Source: Paraspadella gotoi (Eukaryota; Animalia; Chaetognatha). From it: a stretch of 20,873 nt of DNA. This document shows positions 9,005-19,474 of the stretch, in pieces. Position numbers and translations under genes: made by a program. Each line of letters begins with the position of its first letter. Within the stretch, counting starts at the first letter, position 1. The stretch spans positions 1 through 20,873 of the forward strand of contig JBJCIZ010000772.1 of assembly GCA_051294375.1 (NCBI GenBank), read 5' to 3'. The notes beneath the pieces are model-generated. The model saw only the letters and a list, made by a program, of their open reading frames with translations, did no database searches and was not told the DNA's origin.

Positions 9005-10069
9005 ATGTCATATATATTTATTGGGAAATAGATAAAAAATAGTTTTGTTTTAGATATTTTCGAGGACTGTATGAGAAAAGTCACAATCGTTTGTTAGAAA
9101 ACACTTGCAACCAGATGAGGGGGGTCGACCGATGGTGCCAATAAAAAAAATGGCTTCAGAAGAGTTGATGATGAAAGGCAGCTCACCATGCCATCTTGAT
9201 TTTTAGTCCAAATTTAGGTAGATTAGATAATATCCTCCCCTGTAGCTATAGCGGGATCGTCGTGTTGAGGAAAACCAAGAGATTGGCTGTTGCCGATAGT
9301 AAATTTTTATGTGCTCTACGTTAATATCCAGAGGTTATGTTTCAGATCGCCGGCGAGTTGTACTATGTGAGAAGTATTTTTAAGTTTTTACGAAGACTCA
9401 CTACGGGGATTAGTCGTATGTATAAGATGCAGGTTCCGAATGATCGCGACAGCTTCTTCGAACTTTTGCACGATTGACTGCTCACCACATGTACGAGAGA
9501 GTAATGATGTAGATTGAATTATTACCTAATAAATTTACTATTATTTATTTACTTAAAGACGACCGTGATAGTTCGTTCAGCTTGAATAAACTTATTACGA
9601 CGTCGACGACTACGATAAGACGGCGTTCTGTGTGTCTGCGATATTCTATCATCATGGAGGATTAATCGCGGGGCGGGGGGTTTCAGAGGATAATCAAAAG
9701 TGGTTGGTTTATTATCATTTAATACGACCCTCGCGATAAATACTTAATTTTAATATTGTATAAGTTTGGGGAAAAATTTTTTTAATTAAAACTATTTTCG
9801 TTTATCCCACACCCGATAACTTAGGGTATCTAAATTGGATATCCTATTAGTACTTTTATTGTGATAACTCTTTCTTTCGTTGGAGGCCTTTAAAGTTCGA
9901 GGCAGCTTTATATGTTAATTTATTATAAATAAAGTTTTTCCATAAATACGATTATTTATATTAATTTATTTTTGTATATTTTCCGATCTTAGTGGTATAT
10001 ATTACTTTGTATTTTTTTTAGAAATGTAATCAATACGGTTAGTTTTACTTTTCCTGTCCTCGTCGTATT

Positions 10070-10271
10070 CCACTCCTCTCCCTTTCTCGCATATGTTTCC
10101 CCCTCTCCTCTTTTCTCCATTTTTTCAATGTTTTTTTTTCCTTTTTATTTTATCAACCCAACTCTTTTTTCTATCCTAATCATCTTTTAGTCTTTTTTCC
10201 CCTAACTTTATACCCTTCTGTTCCTATTCTTTTTTCTTTCTCCCTTTTCCCCTCCTTCTTTCCCCCCTTTT
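10070..10271. repeat. Polypyrimidine (T/C) low-complexity tract
   Basis: About 200 nt of mostly T/C on the + strand. Confidence 0.8.
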
Positions 10272-10335
10272 ACTGGAGGGATTAAATTATATCATTTATA
10301 AAGGCGCCAAGCCATCTGCAGTTTTAAGCATAACT

Positions 10336-10570
10336 TGTTGGACGCAACAAGTCCGAGAGAATGATTTATTCTCCAACCAACGGTTTATAAACAATAACAG
10401 TCAAAATGCTCAGATGCTAAGTCTATTTACAATGGTATTACAAAGGTCAACGTTTGACATAAAGGTCAACCGTTTTGACCATCAAATAAGTTGGGGGAAA
10501 TGAGCGAGGTAAGGTTTTGGTAGGTCATGTGGTTTGCACCAAGGTTGCGTGTTCTAGATTTCCGTCCACA
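10336..10570 (-). repeat. 3' LTR (~235 bp)
   Basis: TGT(T)GGACG...CGTCCACA inverted termini; direct repeat of 19251-19474. Confidence 0.93.
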
Positions 10571-10581
10571 ATCCCCCCACC
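10571..10581 (-). other. Polypurine tract
   Basis: Minus strand GGTGGGGGGAT immediately precedes the 3' LTR. Confidence 0.85.
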
Positions 10582-10619
10582 AAGCCTTTGACCGGGTGGG
10601 GAGAAAGGCTTGAAAAGGT

Positions 10620-13600
10620 TATTGGATTGCGTCGTCGTTTCTCGTCGTCGTCTTCCGGCGCTGAGCATCGTCGGAAGGACGTGATAAGACCCGGATTGAT
10701 GAAGATTGTCCGACGAGCAACTTGCGCGGTCGTGGGAAAACGCGAGTAGGCGCCGCTTCCGTTTCCTCGAGGCGGGGGCATAGATGGAGCTGCTGAGACG
10801 CGCGGCGACCATGTGGTCGCGCCTGCGGTGGATCAGGGAGTGCACTTCCGTTTCCGTGGACGGAGTGCTGAAGCACGCGGCGACCACGTGGTCGCGCCTG
10901 CGGTGGTTCAGGTGGTGCGACTTCGTCCGGGTGACGGCAGGTTTCAAGTCCGATCAACGGAGATCACTTCGACGCCGCGAGCCCGGTATTTCGATTTTGA
11001 AAGTTTTTGGGACCCACGTTCGAGGACGTTGTAAGGGCCGTCGTAAGGTGGTTGGAGCGGCGTCGAATGGTCCGTCGCGGTCGGACGTAGACGCGGTCGG
11101 CGTCAGCGGCATTTCCGGCACATGAGAGGGCGGCGCCGCATGCAAGCGGCGGGCAGAGGCTGCATGAGAGCAACATCTGCACGGAGATTGTCGAGGATTC
11201 CGCGCGCGGGCGGCGGCGTCGACGTCGGTTGTTGGGACCGGAAGTAGCTCTCCAGGGAGCGTCAGAGCTCGGCCAGCGTTAGCTCTGCGGGGAGGCGTCC
11301 GAATCTTCTCGCGGAGTTGCGCGGAGGCTCAAGAAGAGTCCATGGAGGCTGCCGCCAGCCAGTTTGTCGGCGAGCGTCGCAGCGGGCCGCGCAGGGCTGC
11401 CTTTAGCGTCCGACTGAACGACGGCTCAACCATCCCGTTGGATGGGGGTGGTAGGCGGTCGTCGTGGGAAGGGTCGAAGCAACTACCGCCGCCACTTGGC
11501 GCCACAATTCCGATGTGAATGGGGCGCCACGATCGGTGGTTGACAACGGAGGGGACGCCAAGCGAGAAGACCCAGTTTTTGCAAGAAGGCGGCGGCGACG
11601 GAGGCGGGCGGAGTGTCACGAAGTGGGCCACTTCCGGCCAGCGCGTGAAGCGGTCAATCATCGTCAGAAGATGAGTATGACCAGAGACGGCTTGGCAGCG
11701 GTCCCACCAGGTCGATATGGACGTGAGCGAAACCTTTGGCTGGTGGGTCGAATTTCGGAGCGGCGCGCGGACGTGGCGCTGCGTCTTGGCGCGCTGGACA
11801 AGTGTCGCATGACCCTGCCCATCGTGCGATGTCGGATGAAGGCTGATGGCCATACAGAAGCGCGTCGTCACGGTAGCTTTTTGGACGCACGAACCCCGGG
11901 TGGCGATGCCATGGGTGGCATCGAAAATGCGCCGGCCCATGACGCCGAACAAGTGGGCGTGCCCGGAGCCGGAGATTTTCGCAAATGATTGTCGTGTTTT
12001 GCGATCGGAACGTCTTTTTGAGTCGGAGCGCCGTATGAGGGTCGTTGAGGAGCCGTTGGACATCATCCGTCGGTGGTTTGGTCAGCCGCCATTGCCTTCA
12101 AATTGACTTGGAGGGCGCCGACGCGTTGACGGTGGGCGATTCGTCCTCACGCTCTTTTTGACCGTTCGAAGGTGTTCTCCAGGTTGATCTGTGAGGGATA
12201 TTCGCCGGTGGTTGGCGGGCTTGGTGGAGGAGTGGGGCGAGGCGGGAGAGGGGCGTCGGCGACGACGGTCGGCCTTTCCGGCGACTTTATGAACGGATGT
12301 CCGCCAGTATAGTTCGGCGATGCTGCCAGTTGATAGGTTTTGCCTCATGGTGTGAGGGTTTCGCCTTGAGAGTAGCGCCGGCAACAAGCGAGATATGGTC
12401 CGCTAAAGAGGGTGAAGCGGTGTCCTTCAACGTAAAAATGGGCGGAAATGGCGAATCGAGGCGTGGGCGGCGAGAAGCTCCCTTGATCCGAAAGCGCGCC
12501 ATTTTCGTTGATTGGGTTTCCAGTGGCTTTGATTGAAAACCCGGGGCTGCCATTGGCCATCGAACAAGGCGGTTCGAGGGACGGCGCCAACGGCGACGTC
12601 AGAGGCATCGACGGTAAGACGAAGAGGAGCGAGCGTCTGATACGTTATTATGTGAATCGGCAAAGGTCCTTGATGCCCTGGAAAGCGGCGTCTTCCCGGG
12701 GCCGCCCATTTTTAGCGCGCGCGGTTTTCCGCGGAGAAACTTCAAGAAGGGGGTCGAGATGATGTGCGCATGGGGCACGAATCGGCGTAGTAGTTGAAGA
12801 CCCGAGGAACGTTGAGTTCTTTGACGGTGGGGGCGTGGCCATGCTCGGCGTAGCGCCTCTACTTTGACGGAAGGGGCGGAGCGCCGTCTTTGTCAACGTG
12901 TTGTCGAATCCGAGGGAAGCTCCAGGCCGGAGGAGGAAAAGGCATTTGGCCGCGGTTAACGATGAGCCTTGTCTGGCGAGAGCGTTTGAGACGCGCTTTT
13001 TGAGATCCCTCTTTGATGTTCTTCGTGTGAGTGGGATTGCCACGAAGCAGTTCATCCAAGTAGACGAAGACATGGGGAATGCCGCCTACCAGGACTATGA
13101 AGTCCATCATGCGTTGGAAATTCCTGACCGGCGATTTTTTCAACCCAAACGGCATGAAGAGGAACTCGTAGAGGCCGAACGGCAGATTGATCGCCCTTTT
13201 TATTGACGATACTTCTTTCGCGACAGGGATCTGATGATATCCCTTGCAGAAGGTCGATCTTTTGAAAAAACCGTCTTCCCCTTGGCGAGTCGGGCGTTTG
13301 AATAGTCCATGAGGGGCGGATCGGGTACGATCGTCGACGGTTGACGCCGTATGAGGCGAAAGTCGCCACAAGACGGAGAGAGCCGTCAGGTTTCGGGTGA
13401 CGTGTAGCGGCGACGCCCAACGCGGATTTGTAAAGCGACGGATAATCCCGGAGGTTCCAGCATCTTCTGAATCTCGGCCCCTTGGCGGCAGCAAGCTGAT
13501 CTGGGGAGAGCGGCGGGCGCGGGCGAATACGGGCGGACTTTCGTCGGATATGATGTTCAACGCCTGCTTGGGCGGCGCGGCCGATTAAAGAACGAGTTTT

Positions 13601-14100
13601 GTGAGTTCAGGTCGCCCATCTAGAAGAGAGGAGTAGGCGTCACGGACGTGGAGACGCGGGGCGGTGCCGCGGCGAGGCGGCGTCGTGAGCATGGCCTGAG
13701 ATTGACATGTAGTCATCGAGATCGAGAAGGATGCGAGTTGATGATCAACACCAAGATGGGTGCTCCATCAAAAAGTCGGCGCCGAGAATGGGCGTGGCAA
13801 CGTCGGCTGATGATGACAAGGTACGGGGAAAACGCGGATTTCCCGAGTCGAATCCCCATCTCTCGGATGCCAAAAAGTTTCGATGGGCGTGTCGTTGGCG
13901 GCGCCGGAGTGGCGGGCCATTGGCGGCGGTTAAAGCGCGCTTTTAAACGGCGGCGGGGTCCGCCTTTGGCGGCGGCGGCGATCGGCGCAGAGGCGGAATG
14001 AGCGTCGCCTCGAGCCGCCGTCGACGGAGCCACTCCAGGCCGGCGTCCCAGGGTCGCGCACGAGAAATAGTTTTGAGTCATGTTCGGCCAGCCGACGCGG
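10620..14100 (-). pseudogene. pol: pol (protease-RT-RNase H-integrase), heavily frameshifted, segment A; boundaries approximate
   Basis: Fragments across frames. PR: VDGGS (DGG at 14014-14022), PILV. RT: WASPLHV, KIDL, GYHQIPVA, PFGLYEFLFMPFGLK, VYLDE(D). RH: LTVDASDVAVGAV, RELLAAHASIRHFR. IN: SCDTC, HVHIDLVGPLP, LLTMIDRFTRWPE, SNGMVE, then a GPY/F-like region ending PKTFKIE. Confidence 0.9.
10801..10913. repeat. 37-bp direct repeat x2 (75-bp period), each copy with a 16-bp palindrome
   Basis: cgcggcgacca(t/c)gtggtcgcgcctgcggtgg(a/t)tcagg at 10801 and 10876. GCGACCACGTGGTCGC at 10880-10895 is a perfect palindrome. Confidence 0.9.
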
Positions 14101-14104
14101 GCGA

Positions 14105-14959
14105 ACTAGCGGCCCCGCTGGCGTTGGCATTTGACGGCGCCATTGGGCATGGGCGGCCGTCGGCGGTTAGTCCCGTGCACTTAAAGCGTTTGGCGGCCAA
14201 AGTTATAATGTAAAGCACTTGGGCTTTCCCATGGGCGGTTCGCGGTGTGGAGGAAGAGCGGGGCGTTAGAATTGGGCGGACGTTGCTGTTGAGTCCGCTG
14301 CTGCGTGTGGGCGCTGCTGCGATGGGCGCTGCCTGCACGAAGGGCGCTGCGTTGAGCGCGGCGGTGGTCGGCGGCACATGCACTTTGCTATAAGAGATGG
14401 CGCCATTGTCGCCGTCGCTTGCCTAGATTCAACATGGAGCTCCAGTGGCTGTCCACTGTGGCCTCGATGGAGGTGACGGACGTTTACCGTGGATGCGTTG
14501 CGGTCAGAGCTGCGGAGTTTGTCCCGGAGGGAAAAAAACTCGTCGGCATCCTTGGCCGATGTCCGCGGGCTTTTTGTCTTTCCTGACGGCGTGCTCTCTG
14601 ACGTTGAAGGGAGGCGGCGGCCAGATGGCGGCTTGACATTTTTCAATTGGTGCAGGCCTTCTCAGGACGGCAAACGGAGCGCGGAGAGTGTTGAGATGGA
14701 GTGCGCTTTCCAGCGACGTCATTTCAACGCCTTTTGCGGCGCGCCTTTGCAATCTCACCAATAGATCTTCTGGAGGTGAGAGACGAGGTTCTTGTGAGCG
14801 CGGGACTTCGTCGATGGCGTAGACCGTGTGGAATTGCCGGTGGCGGGAGATGGGAATGGCGCTGAGGATCTGCGCCTTCTTTTTCCGCGGCCTCGGTGAC
14901 GCCGGTGGCGCGAATTCCACGGCTGTGTGGTCCTAGCATTCCTCGATGTGGTCGGGGTA
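14105..14959 (-). pseudogene. gag: gag (partial), segment A
   Basis: PDHIEE, KKAQILSAIP, and CHCC finger ..FKCTGLTADGRPC (14147-14217). Confidence 0.8.
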
Positions 14960-15059
14960 NNNNNNNNNNNNNNNNNNNNNNNNNNNNNNNNNNNNNNNNN
15001 NNNNNNNNNNNNNNNNNNNNNNNNNNNNNNNNNNNNNNNNNNNNNNNNNNNNNNNNNNN
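14960..15059. other. Assembly gap (100 N, conventional unknown size)
   Basis: Exactly 100 Ns. Confidence 0.99.
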
Positions 15060-17690
15060 GTTAGAGAGTAGGCGGAGGTGTCACACGGTTGGTGCCCTTC
15101 CGGCCACGCGTGAGCGGTATCAATCATCGTGCACTAGGATGAAGTATGATATCAGAGACGGCTGAGCGCGGTCCCACCAGGTCATTGGAACGTGACTAGA
15201 ACGATTTGGGGATACATACAACTGGTGGTATTCGAATTTCTGGAGCGGCGCGCGACGTGGGACGTGCGTCTTGAGCGCGCATGACAAAGTATGTCGCATG
15301 GACCAACTGCCACATCGATGCGATGTCGGATGAGGCTGATGAGGAGCCCATCATAACAAAGCGGCAGATCGTCACGAAGCTTTTTTGAAAGCGGCGAATC
15401 ATCAGGGTGGGAGCGAATGCCACTGGGTGGCATCGAAAATAGCCGCCGGCGCCAATGACGCCGGCAACAAGTTGGGCGTGCCCGGAGCCGGGAGAATGTC
15501 GCTGATTGAGTCGTGTACGACTGGGATCGGAACGTCTTTGAGATCGGAGACGCCGTAATGAGGGTCGCATATGAGGAAACCAGTTGGATCATACATAGTC
15601 GGTGGCTTGGTCAGACCGCCAATTGCCTCAAATTGACTATGGAGGCGACCGACGGGCGTTGATCGGTGGACGGCGATGTCCTCGGCTTTTTTTTGCGACG
15701 TTCAAGTTTACTTCAAGATTGATATCATGTGAGGATAGTTCGCACGGTGGTAGCGCTGTGGAAGAGATATCGCGCGCGCGAGCGGGAGAGGGCGTACGGC
15801 GACGAACGATATCCGCACTTTTCGGCGATATGACGGATGATCGCCCCGTATAATTCGGTACGATGCCATTGACCAGTTTGATAGGTTTGGACTCTGGTGT
15901 GAAGGGATTCAGTACTTGTTTCCGTAGCGCCAGGGCACAACACGAGATTATGGTCTAAAAAAGAGCGTGAAGCGGCGTCCTTCAACGTATGGTGCGGAAA
16001 TGGCGAATTCGAGGCGATGGGGGCGAAGAAGACACCTTGTCGAGAAGGGCGGCGCATATCATCGTTGATTGGGTTTCAGTGGTTTGAAATGAAAACCCAG
16101 GGGTTGCCCATTAGGCCCATGCGACTAAACTGTTCGAGCGACGGCGCGCAAAAGGACGGAGTCAGAGGCAATCCGACGAGTAAGAGGGCGAGAAAGGAGC
16201 GCGTATCGATAGGTGGACCAGGCATTGTGGAAATCGCAAGAGCGTCACTTTGAATTGGCATGGAAAGGCGGCGTCTTGGACGGGGTCCAGCACATTTTAG
16301 CGCGGCACGCGGTTTGCTTTTTCACGGCGGAGAAACTTCAAGAAGGGGTCGAGATGACAGTGCGGCATGGGCAGAAATCGGCGGATAGTGTTGAAGACCC
16401 AGAGGAAACGTTGATAGTTCTTTGACAGGTGGTGGGGGCGTGGAGCCATGCTCGCGTAAGCGCCTCTACTTGACGGAAGGAGGGGCGGAACGCAGTTTTA
16501 TTGTCACACGTCTGTAATACCGAAGAAATTCTCAACGCTGAGAGGCGCCTGAAAAAGCATTTGGCGCGGTTAACGATAGAGCGTTGTCGGCGAGCAGCGT
16601 TGGCAAGACGCGCTTTGGAATCCTCTTAGATGTTCATTCGTGTGTGAGTGGGAATGACCACGAAAGCAGGTCATAGCACAAGTAGATCGAAAGAACATGG
16701 GAATGACGCTCAAGAGACTTGATCCATACATGCGTTGGAAATCTGGACCGGCGTTTTTCACCCAACGGCAAGTGAAGAGGACTCGTAGAGGCGACGGACG
16801 TGATGAATCGCCGGGTTTTATGACGATGCTTCTTTATCAGCGACAGGGATCTGATGATATCCCTGCAGAGGTCGATCTTTTGAAAAACCGTCTCCCGGCG
16901 AATCGGCGTTTGAAAGTCCATGAGTGTGGCGGATCGGTAGCAATCGTCGACCGGTGACGCCGTTGAGGCGTCGATAGTCGCGCACAAGGACGGAGAGAGC
17001 CGTACAGGTTTCCGGTACGTGTGCGGCGAGCCCAAGCGGATGTAGAGCGACGGATAATCCGAGTTCAGCATCTTCTCGAATCGCCTTGGCGCAGCAAGCT
17101 GATCTGGCGGCGAGGGGGGCGGGCGGGCGGGGCGGGCGTGCGAATAAGCGACGTTTCGCGAAGTAGATGTTAACGCCGTGCTGGGCGGCGCCGAGTAAAG
17201 ACGAGTTTTGTGAGTTCTGGTCGCCCACCAGAATAGAGGAGTAGGCGTCACGGACGTGGAGGACGCGGGGCGTGCCACGCGGAGGCGGCTGGTGAGCATG
17301 CCTAGATGACCATGTAGTCATCGAGAGTGGAGAAAGGATGCGACGTTGATGATCTAACACCAAGATGGTGCTCCATCAAAAGTCGCACGAGAATGGGCGG
17401 CAACGTGGCGATGATGACAAGGTACGGGAAAACGCGTTTCCCGAGTCGAATCCCCATCTCTCGGATGCAAAAGTTTCGATGGGCGTGTCGTTGGCGGCGC
17501 GGAGTGGCGGGGCATTGGCGGCGGTAAGCGCCGCTTTTACGGCGGCGGGGTCCGCGGGTGGCGGCGGCAAGCGATCGGCGGCAGAGGCGGGATGAGCGTC
17601 GCGTCGGAGCCGCCGTCGACGAGCCACTCCAGGGCGCGTCAGGGTCGGCGCACGAGAAATAGTTTGGAGCATTTACGGCCAGCGACCGGG
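15060..17690 (-). pseudogene. pol: pol (PR-RT-RH-partial IN), frameshifted, segment B
   Basis: EWLVDGGSDATLIPP (17585-17629), DYRRLN, FQKIDL, QGYHQIPVA, AIFDATQ; colinear with segment A. Confidence 0.88.
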
Positions 17691-18907
17691 CGGACAGCGG
17701 CCGCTGGCGTTGGCATTTACGGCGCCATTGGGCATGGGCGGCCGTACGCGTTAGTCCCGTGGCACTTAAAACGTTTGGCGCAAAGTTATAATGGTATAAG
17801 CACTGGCTTCCCCATGAGGCGGTTCGAGTGTGGAGGAGCGGGGCGTTAGAATTGGGGCACGTTGCTGTTGAGTCCCTGCTGCATTGGGCGCTGCTGCGAA
17901 TGGAGCGCTGCACGAAGGGTCGCTGCGTTGAGCGGGCGTGGTCGCCCGCACTGCATTGCATAAGAGATGGCGCCATTGTCGTCGTCGCTTGCTATCAACT
18001 GAGCTTCTCAGTGGCTAGCTCCACTGTGCTCATCGATGGGGGTGAGGCGTTTGCGTTGGCCGTTAAGGGAGCTGCGGGTTGTCCGGAGGGGAGAAAAAAA
18101 CGTCGGATCGTCGCATCTTGGCGATGCGGCAACGAAGTTTTTGTCTTTTCCTGACGGCGTGCTCTCTGACGATGAGGAGGGCGGCGGCCAGATGGCGGCC
18201 TTACATTTTCAATGGTGAGGCCTTCAGTGACGGCATCGGGAGCGCGGAGAGGTTTGAGATGGACGTGACCGCCTTTCAGCCACTCATCTTCACGCTTTGG
18301 GCGCGCCTGTTGGCATCTTCATCAAGATCTTCTGGAGGTGAGAGACGAGGCTTGTGAGCGTCGGACCTTCGTCGAAATGCGTGCTAGCGTGTGGAATTAG
18401 CCCGAGTGGCGGGAGATGGAATGCGCTGAGGATCTGCGCCTTTTTTCCGCGGCTCAGTGACGCCCGGTGGCTGCCGACATTCCACGGCGGTGTGGTCTAG
18501 CCATTCCTCGATGTGGTCGGGCGCAAAGGTCGTAGCTTTGGGTTTCGTCGTCTTGGACGCGCTGCCTGACGGGAATAAAAAGGTTGAGGGTTGCCACAAA
18601 GGGCGGCGTCGCTGCGCGGCGTCCTCACGAAGGGGGCACTCCGTTGAAGCGGTACTTGCGTCCGCTGAAGGGAGATTCGTCCTTTCCGTGCCGCGCGAGT
18701 TTGGATTATGTCGAATACCATTTGGAACAGTTTTTCGATTTGCATTTCGAGGGGCGGGTCGCGGATGTCAGGCGGCGCGTCGGTGAATGCGTCGTCGCGG
18801 CCGGCGCTGTCGGATTGGGAGGCGTTGCGGCTGGTCACGCGGCATTGTCGTTTCTTCTTCGTCGGCGGGCGTTGGGGGCGTGTGAGGCTTGGTGATGAAA
18901 CGCGCAT
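17690..18907 (-). pseudogene. gag: gag, segment B (start uncertain)
   Basis: FAPDHIEEWLDHTAVE...GVTEPRKK N-terminal block (~18540-18440) and CLYHYNF..C..C finger (17732-17802). The GC-rich open frame extends up to ATG 18907. Confidence 0.75.
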
Positions 18908-19230
18908 TAAAAAAAATATTAATTTACTTTGAAAAAATATTTGCCTTGAAAAGAAAGTATGTCGCTTTAAAAGAAAAAATATTTAATTAAAAATATTTGT
19001 TTCAAATGAAGAGTTGTATGGGCAAAAACGATCGAATCGAGAGATTTGAGAGAGAAAAAAAAAGAATTGGCAACAAAACGCGTAAAGTTCTCTTTTTTGA
19101 GTCGATTTAAATTAAAAAATTATTAAAAAAAATGGTTTGAATAAAAAATTTGTTCGGCGATTTTTTGGAAGTAGTTTTTCTTTTTGTTTTTCGTTTTTTT
19201 TTTTTTGTTTTGTTTCGTTTTTTTATATTT

Positions 19231-19248
19231 TTTCACGTCGGCTCACCA
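19231..19248 (-). other. Primer binding site, tRNA-Trp-like
   Basis: Minus strand TGGTGAGCCGACGTGAAA, 2 nt after the LTR's CA. Near-identical to the tRNA-Trp PBS TGGTGACCCCGACGTGAT used by CsRn1-clade elements. Confidence 0.85.
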
Positions 19249-19250
19249 CG

Positions 19251-19474
19251 TGTGGACGCAACAAGTTTCAGAGTAAGAATGATTTATTCTTCAACCACGT
19301 TATAAACAAAAGTCAAAATGCTCAGATGCTAAGTCTATTACAATGGTATTACAAAGGTCAACGGTTGACATAAAGGTAACCGTTTTGACCATAAATAAGT
19401 GGGGGAAATGGAGCGAGGTAAGGTGGTAAGGTCTGTGGTTTGACCAAGGTGCGTGTTCTAGATGTTCGTCCACA
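19251..19474 (-). repeat. 5' LTR (224 bp)
   Basis: TGTGGACG...CGTCCACA 8-bp inverted termini. On the minus strand, TATA-like TTTATAA (19306-19300) and AATAAA (19288-19283). Confidence 0.94.

Larger units (their letters stand above)
10336..14959 (-). mobile_element. Ty3/Gypsy LTR retrotransposon, CsRn1-like, segment A (gag to 3' LTR)
   Basis: Order on the minus strand: gag (CHCC), PR, RT, RH, IN (GPY/F), PPT, LTR. Truncated by the N gap inside gag. Confidence 0.93.
15060..19474 (-). mobile_element. Ty3/Gypsy CsRn1-like element, segment B (5' LTR to mid-integrase)
   Basis: 5' LTR, PBS, AT-rich leader, gag, PR, RT, RH and IN N-half. 15060-~18520 repeats ~11600-14959. Confidence 0.93.

Noticed and set aside
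8616-10913. CRISPR-like reading of the two-copy repeats at 8616/8931 and 10801/10876
   Set aside because: Only two units each, eukaryotic TE context, and no cas genes.
10525-10960. env-like third ORF or chromodomain after integrase
   Set aside because: Too short, with no signal peptide, transmembrane segment or chromodomain aromatic residues.
13049-13063. RT motif YLDE instead of YLDD as a novel catalytic variant
   Set aside because: Segment B reads ...GACCTG at the equivalent position, and the region is indel-ridden; most likely a sequence error.
10784-18932. Many plus-strand Arg/Ala/Gly-rich ORFs
   Set aside because: Antisense to gag-pol in GC-rich, stop-poor DNA; no motifs, and frames are mostly not preserved between the two segments.
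10336-19474. Genuine 9-kb element with two pol genes
   Set aside because: The duplication breakpoints coincide exactly with a 100-N gap; an assembly artefact is more parsimonious.
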